Assembly (NCBI GenBank): GCA_043816185.1
Contig: JBDRIG010000041.1
Coordinates: 1-11,027 of the forward strand
Direction: 5' to 3'
Source: Elusimicrobiota bacterium
GTDB taxonomy: Bacteria > Elusimicrobiota > UBA8919
DNA length: 11,027 nucleotides
Made by a program: the position numbers and the translations under genes. How positions within the stretch are numbered: the first letter of the stretch is position 1; each line of letters begins with the position of its first letter. Shown here one piece after another: positions 6,456 to 11,027 of the stretch. The notes under the pieces are model-generated. The model did not search any database. It saw nothing but the letters and a program-made list of their open reading frames with translations, and was not told the DNA's origin.

Positions 6456-7208
6456 TCACATGTACATTCCACCGTTGACGGAAACTATCTCTCCAGTAAT
6501 ATACGATGATTCATCGGTACATAAAAACACAACTACATTTGCAACATCCTGAGGATCTCCTAATCGTGCTAACGGAATTAAATTTGTAAGTTTTTCTTTA
6601 GCATCCTGTGGAAGTTTTTCGGTCATGGCCGTTTTTATAAATCCTGGTGCAACAGCATTTACATTTATGTTTCTCGATGCTAATTCTCTGGCCAAAGTTT
6701 TCGTCAGTGCAATCACCCCACCTTTCGATGCAGAATAATTCACCTGTCCTGCATTTCCCATCAAACCTACAACTGATGCAATGTTGACAATTTTTCCAGA
6801 ACGCTGTTTCATCATTACTTTTGCCACTGCTTTTGAACAATTAAAAACACCCTTCAAGTTGATTGCAATAACCTTATCCCAGTCGTCATCGGACATTCTT
6901 ATTAAAAGATTGTCCCGTGTAATCCCAGCGTTGTTGATCATTATATCAATTTTTCCAAATTTTTCAATAGTTTTCTTAATCATCTCTTCCGTTTCTTGTG
7001 AGGAAGAAACATCAACTTTTAATGCAATCGTTTCAACATTTTTATCTTTTAATATCTCCTCCGCAGTTTTTTTTGCAGATTCCTCCATAATATCAACAAC
7101 CACTATTTTTGCACCCTCATCAGCAAGTTTTTCGGCAATTGCCCTGCCAATTCCCTGTGCCCCACCTGTAACTATTGCCACACTATCTCTTAATTTTTGT
7201 TTACACAT
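6456..7208 (-). CDS. fabG: 3-oxoacyl-ACP reductase
   Basis: SDR motifs TGGAQGIG, NNAGITRD, YSASK, NAVAPGFI; fab cluster context. Confidence 0.96.
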   Translation of the reverse strand: MCKQKLRDSVAIVTGGAQGIGRAIAEKLADEGAKIVVVDIMEESAKKTAEEILKDKNVETIALKVDVSSSQETEEMIKKTIEKFGKIDIMINNAGITRDNLLIRMSDDDWDKVIAINLKGVFNCSKAVAKVMMKQRSGKIVNIASVVGLMGNAGQVNYSASKGGVIALTKTLARELASRNINVNAVAPGFIKTAMTEKLPQDAKEKLTNLIPLARLGDPQDVANVVVFLCTDESSYITGEIVSVNGGMYM

Positions 7209-8166
7209 TTTTTAATATCTCCAATGTTTGATTTAGCGTTGCTTCATTTTCTATATTGAATGTTTTTGTAGTTGATGAAATTTTCTTAATCATTCCAGAT
7301 ATGATATTTTTTGGTCCGATTTCTACAAATGTTTCACAATTATTTGATATTATTTTGTTTATTGAATCAACCCACAGAACAGGCGATGTAATCTGTTTTA
7401 CAAGTTTCTCTGATATTGTGAAAGCATTGGTTGTAATTTCGGCATCGCAGTTTGTGATTATTGGAAATTTCGGATCTTTGAACACTCCTGCGTAGTTTTT
7501 TATTTTCTCTCTCATTTTTTCCCGTGCTTCTTCCATTAAAGATGAATGAAATGCACCTGAAACAACAAGCGGAATTGCCTTTATTTTTTTTGATTTTGCA
7601 ATTTCTTTCGCTTTGTCTATCGCGGTAATTTCACCTGAAATCACGATTTGTCCTGGCGTATTAAAATTCACTGCTTGACAAATTCCAACGCTACTTGCTT
7701 CGGCACAAATTTCCTCAACAATGCTTTTTAATGTGGCGTCGGCACCCAAAATTGCCAACATTACGCCTCTTGTTTTTTTGGATGCCTCATCCATAAATTG
7801 TGCTCGCGAATTTATTAATTTTAATCCATCTTCAAATGAAAGAACCTCAGATGCAACAATCGCCGAATATTCGCCAAGTGAATGACCAGCAGTGAAAGAT
7901 AGTTGATAAGACGATAGGTTGACAAAATGATGAGCGAAAACCCTAAAACAAACAATAGAAGTTACAAAAACAGCTGGTTGAGTATACTTTGTTTGTGTTA
8001 ATAATTCCAACGGTCCTTCAAAAATAATTTTTTTAATATCATAGTTAAGTATTTCGTTTGCAGTATCAAAAGTTTCTTTTGCAATAGAATATTTATCATA
8101 AAATTCTTTTCCCATTCCAATATACTGCGATGCTTGCCCAGGAAAAACAATCGCGATTTTATTCAT
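7201..8166 (-). CDS. fabD: Malonyl-CoA:ACP transacylase
   Basis: FPGQASQYIGMG, TQPA, GHSLGEY, SGAFHS, EIGP. Confidence 0.96.
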   Translation of the reverse strand: MNKIAIVFPGQASQYIGMGKEFYDKYSIAKETFDTANEILNYDIKKIIFEGPLELLTQTKYTQPAVFVTSIVCFRVFAHHFVNLSSYQLSFTAGHSLGEYSAIVASEVLSFEDGLKLINSRAQFMDEASKKTRGVMLAILGADATLKSIVEEICAEASSVGICQAVNFNTPGQIVISGEITAIDKAKEIAKSKKIKAIPLVVSGAFHSSLMEEAREKMREKIKNYAGVFKDPKFPIITNCDAEITTNAFTISEKLVKQITSPVLWVDSINKIISNNCETFVEIGPKNIISGMIKKISSTTKTFNIENEATLNQTLEILKNV

Positions 8167-8181
8167 ATATTTTATTCATAT
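8156..8181. repeat. 13-bp tandem duplication spanning the fabD start codon
   Basis: ATTTTATTCATAT at 8156-8168 and 8169-8181. Confidence 0.9.
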
Positions 8182-8203
8182 AATTACTTCTCTAATTTAC
8201 CGT

Positions 8204-9181
8204 TTATAATTTTATAGCGGTTGCACCCCATGTTAATCCACCGCCGAAAGCAACAAGAACCACAATATCACCTTTTTTTACATTTCCTTTGGAAATCGCC
8301 TCTTCCAACGCAATAGGTGTTGATGCCGCAGATGTATTTCCGTATTTCTGTATGTTCACAAAAACTTTATCTATCGGTATATCCAATTGTTTTGCCACTG
8401 CTTCTATTATTCTAATATTTGCCTGATGAGGAATTAAAAGTTTTACATCATCGCAACTAATTTTTGCAAGTTCAATAGCTTTTTTTGTTGCATCAGCCAT
8501 CGTCCTAACCGCAATCTTGAAGGTTTTATTACCTTCCATTTTCATATAATGAAGCCGCTCTTCAATCGTCTTTTGCGTTGCAGGATTTCTTGAACCACCA
8601 CCGGGCATCATAAGTAAATCGTTATAATTGCCGTTGGCACCCAAATAAGTAGAAAGTATATCACTGGTTGAATTTGTTTTTTTTAATATTACTGCTCCTG
8701 CTCCGTCACCAAGCAGCACACAAACATTTCTATCTGTCCAATCAATTATGCTCGACAGTTTTTCTGCACCTATTACCATAACTGTTTTATACATATTAGA
8801 ATCGATAAAAGATTTTGCAATTGTAATTCCATAAACGAAACCCGAGCAAGCAGCAGAAATATCAAACGCTATCGCCTTGTTAACACCTATTCCTTTTTGA
8901 ACAAAACACGCTGTTGACGGAAAAAACATATCTGGTGTGATTGTAGCGACGATTATTGCATCTAAATCCTGTGCCGAAATTTTTGCTTTTTTTAGTGCTT
9001 TTTTAGCGGCATCTATAGCTAAATCGGATGTGGCATCGGCGTCTCTTGCAATTCGTCTTTCTTTAATTCCCGTCCTTGTTGCTATCCATTCATTCGATGT
9101 TTCAACTATTTTTTCTAACTCACTATTAGTTAAAATTTTTTCAGGAAGACACGAGCCAATACCTATAATTTCAATTCCCAT
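8204..9181 (-). CDS. fabH: 3-oxoacyl-ACP synthase III
   Basis: WIATRTGIKERR, AACSGF, GDGAGA, PHQANIRI, YGNTSAAS, FGGGLTWG. Confidence 0.96.
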   Translation of the reverse strand: MGIEIIGIGSCLPEKILTNSELEKIVETSNEWIATRTGIKERRIARDADATSDLAIDAAKKALKKAKISAQDLDAIIVATITPDMFFPSTACFVQKGIGVNKAIAFDISAACSGFVYGITIAKSFIDSNMYKTVMVIGAEKLSSIIDWTDRNVCVLLGDGAGAVILKKTNSTSDILSTYLGANGNYNDLLMMPGGGSRNPATQKTIEERLHYMKMEGNKTFKIAVRTMADATKKAIELAKISCDDVKLLIPHQANIRIIEAVAKQLDIPIDKVFVNIQKYGNTSAASTPIALEEAISKGNVKKGDIVVLVAFGGGLTWGATAIKL

Positions 9182-9191
9182 TTTTGTTTCC

Positions 9192-10223
9192 TCAATTTAC
9201 TTGTTTGTCGATAGAACAGGTCAAATGATTAATTTTAGCAATTTCTTTTTTTATATCTTCAACTATGTTATTTTTTGCCGATTCAATACACAATTTTATT
9301 CCATTTTTTATTGCCTTTGCGTTTGAAGAACCATGTCCAATAATACACGCACCGTTGATACCCAGAAGCGGCGCACCACCATATTCGTCGTAATCAATTT
9401 TCTTTTTAATGTGCTTAAATACACTTTTTAATATAAATGCTGCTGTCATAACGCGAATGGGACTTTTTTTCATTTCATTTTTAATAAGTTGAACGAAAAA
9501 TTCACTAATACCCTCGCTTAACTTTAAGACAACATTACCAACAAAACCATCACAAACAACTACATCCGCATTCCCTTTTGGTATATCTCGACCCTCTACA
9601 TTTCCAAAAAAATTTAGTCCAGATTCTTTAATAAGTTTATATGTTGCTATTGTTAATTCATTGCCTTTTGATTGCTCTTCGCCTATAGATAAAAGCCCTA
9701 TTTTTGGTTTTTCTACTTTGAAAAGATTTTTGTAGTACACTGAACCCATTACAGCAAATTGTAAAAGATTTTTTGGTTTTGAATCAACATTTGCACCAAT
9801 ATCAATTAAAACACATGGATTTGTTAGCGTCGGAAATATCGTAGCAATTGCTGGTCTTGAAACACCTTCTATTCGTTTTAGTATCATAAGGGCAGCTGCG
9901 TTTATTGCCCCTGAATTTCCCGCTGAAAAAAATCCATCTGCGAGACCGTCAGCAATAAGTTTTATGCTTTTTACAATTGATGAATTTGGTTTTAATCTTA
10001 CCGCATCAACAGGCGAATCACTCATCACTATAACTTCTGGTGCATGAATTATTTTTATTGGTAGATTTTGAATGTTTTTGTATTTTTTCAATTCATTTTT
10101 TATTTGGTATTCATCGCCAACCAATAATATTTCTTCATTGAATTTTCTTGCTATATCTATAGCACCCTCAACAACTGTGAACGGTGCGTTGTCACCACCC
10201 ATTACATCAACAGCTATTTTCAT
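9192..10223 (-). CDS. plsX: Phosphate acyltransferase PlsX
   Basis: MKIAVDVMGGDNAP, SAGNSGA, DIGANVD, GNVEGRD, VCDGFVGN, YGGAPLLG, GHGSS. Confidence 0.97.
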   Translation of the reverse strand: MKIAVDVMGGDNAPFTVVEGAIDIARKFNEEILLVGDEYQIKNELKKYKNIQNLPIKIIHAPEVIVMSDSPVDAVRLKPNSSIVKSIKLIADGLADGFFSAGNSGAINAAALMILKRIEGVSRPAIATIFPTLTNPCVLIDIGANVDSKPKNLLQFAVMGSVYYKNLFKVEKPKIGLLSIGEEQSKGNELTIATYKLIKESGLNFFGNVEGRDIPKGNADVVVCDGFVGNVVLKLSEGISEFFVQLIKNEMKKSPIRVMTAAFILKSVFKHIKKKIDYDEYGGAPLLGINGACIIGHGSSNAKAIKNGIKLCIESAKNNIVEDIKKEIAKINHLTCSIDKQVN

Positions 10224-10293
10224 TTAGATCTTACTCCACTAATTCTTATTTCAATGCTTACCTGCTTTACGCAGGAAAGGTTGGATTTATAAA

Positions 10294-10503
10294 TTATTTG
10301 CTTTTTTGCTCTTCTTTTGATTTCTTCTGTTTGATTTTTACAACCGATACGGTATTGTAAAATCCACACTTCGGACACACATGGTGAGGAAGTTTTGGCG
10401 ATTTACATTGTGAACACAATTCTAAATTTTTTGCCTCAATCTTCCAATTTGCCCTTCTTTTGTTCTGTCGAGACGTCGAATGCCTTCTTTTTGGGTTTGC
10501 CAT
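10294..10503 (-). CDS. rpmF: 50S ribosomal protein L32, zinc-ribbon type
   Basis: MANPKRRHSTSR, CSQC...PHHVCPKCGFY; SD GAAAGGAG; precedes plsX. Confidence 0.96.
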   Translation of the reverse strand: MANPKRRHSTSRQNKRRANWKIEAKNLELCSQCKSPKLPHHVCPKCGFYNTVSVVKIKQKKSKEEQKSK

Positions 10504-10530
10504 AAATTATTTCTCCTTTCAAAATTAAAT

Positions 10531-10611
10531 CTACCAATATTTTGTTCTACGGAACAATTGGCTACCGCTCAACGGCATCTGTTGCTACCAATATGTCATT
10601 CCTAACGAAAT
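10531..10611. repeat. Two direct REP-like units (CTACCAATAT plus short hairpin)
   Basis: CTACCAATAT at 10531-10540 and 10585-10594, followed by TTGTTC-TACG-GAACAA (10542-10557) and ATTCC-TAAC-GAAAT (10598-10611). Confidence 0.7.
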
Positions 10612-10661
10612 TTTTGATTTGTCTGTAATTTTTATTGCCTAGTTCTTAATCCCACTTTTTC

Positions 10662-10689
10662 ATTCTACTTTTTTTGAAATGATTGTCAA
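10662..10689 (-). promoter_or_regulatory. Sigma70-type promoter for the rpmF-plsX-fab operon
   Basis: Minus strand TTGACA (10689-10684), 16 nt, TAGAAT (10667-10662), about 160 nt upstream of rpmF. Confidence 0.7.
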
Positions 10690-10792
10690 CCGTTTGTATA
10701 GGTTTTGTCGCTTAAGAATTAAAAGTGCACACTTTTTAAATGATTTAAAAATTAAATCTGCACACCACAAAGTAAGTTGTTATCATACAAAC

Positions 10793-10896
10793 TGTCGTTG
10801 CGAGAGTCAATTTATCGACTCGTGGCAATCTCTGTGTTGAAGACAAATCGAGATTGCTTCGTTGTCCCGATTGCATCGGGACTTCCCGCAATGGTA
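10793..10896. repeat. GTCATTGCGA-type palindromic element, copy 2
   Basis: TGTCGTTGCGAG...CCCGCAATGGTA ends; shares CGTGGCAATC and CGAGATTGCTTCG with copy 1; inner hairpins GAGTC/GACTC (10804-10821) and GTCCCGAT-TGC-ATCGGGAC (10864-10882). Confidence 0.85.
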
Positions 10897-10900
10897 TAAT
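10871..10900 (+). promoter_or_regulatory. Candidate plus-strand promoter formed at the repeat end
   Basis: TTGCAT (10871-10876), 18 nt, TATAAT (10895-10900) with extended -10 TGn (10892-10894). Confidence 0.4.
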
Positions 10901-10966
10901 GGAAAAGCAAGCTTCCTTCCGGGGAGGTCATAAAGTAACGCATAAAAGCGCAGACCTTTTGTGATC

Positions 10967-11027
10967 TTTTCAAACGATCAAAAGTGGTGTATAATATATA
11001 CACCGGACTTTAACCCCGGTAAGGAGG
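10967..11027 (+). promoter_or_regulatory. Divergent promoter, operator-like palindrome and SD for a gene beyond the window
   Basis: TTTTCA (10967-10972), 17 nt, TATAAT (10990-10995); perfect IR GGTGTATA-ATA-TATACACC (10986-11004); AAGGAGG at 11021-11027. Confidence 0.6.

Noticed and set aside
132..9326. Plus-strand ORFs (132-386, 1490-1690, 2554-2799, 3459-3746, 4072-4299, 4348-4614, 4639-5028, 5230-5508, 5864-6082, 6781-7215, 7256-7495, 8937-9326) and alternate-frame minus ORFs (1748-2050, 6598-6840)
   Set aside because: Antisense or out-of-frame shadows of well-supported genes, with no recognisable motifs.
10261..10275. CCTGC-TTTAC-GCAGG hairpin between rpmF and plsX as a terminator
   Set aside because: No U tract on the mRNA strand; more likely a small dispersed palindrome.
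10901..10960. c-di-GMP-I riboswitch-like start (GCAAGC...GGTCATAAAG)
   Set aside because: Lacks the GNRA loop, GCAAAG junction and P3 receptor stem.
10812..11003. 63-aa minus-strand ORF
   Set aside because: Reads through an operator-like palindrome and the repeat element; no SD and no family resemblance.

Overview
AT-rich bacterial housekeeping region with all 13 complete genes on the minus strand, in transcription order: rpmF-plsX-fabH-fabD-fabG-acpP-fabF-rnc-infC (AUU start)-rpmI-rplT-ktrB-ktrA, probably followed by a gene starting at 18 that runs off the left edge. A sigma70-type promoter lies upstream of rpmF, and a probable divergent plus-strand promoter and SD sit at the right edge. 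The proteins are ordinary, but the intergenic DNA is not. At two junctions (rpmI-rplT, ktrB-ktrA), and possibly a third, a strong Shine-Dalgarno sequence is separated from the start codon by an inserted hairpin region (66 and 291 nt linear distance) whose folding would restore near-normal spacing. Also present: a 7-nt-periodic hairpin repeat family, a MITE-like element carrying a GTCATTGCGA-type palindromic repeat, a second copy of that repeat that appears to create a promoter, a 254-nt multi-hairpin spacer between infC and rpmI, an L20 with a ~40-aa tail containing a palindrome, and a 13-bp duplication of the fabD start. All structures were paired by eye; no folding or database search was run.
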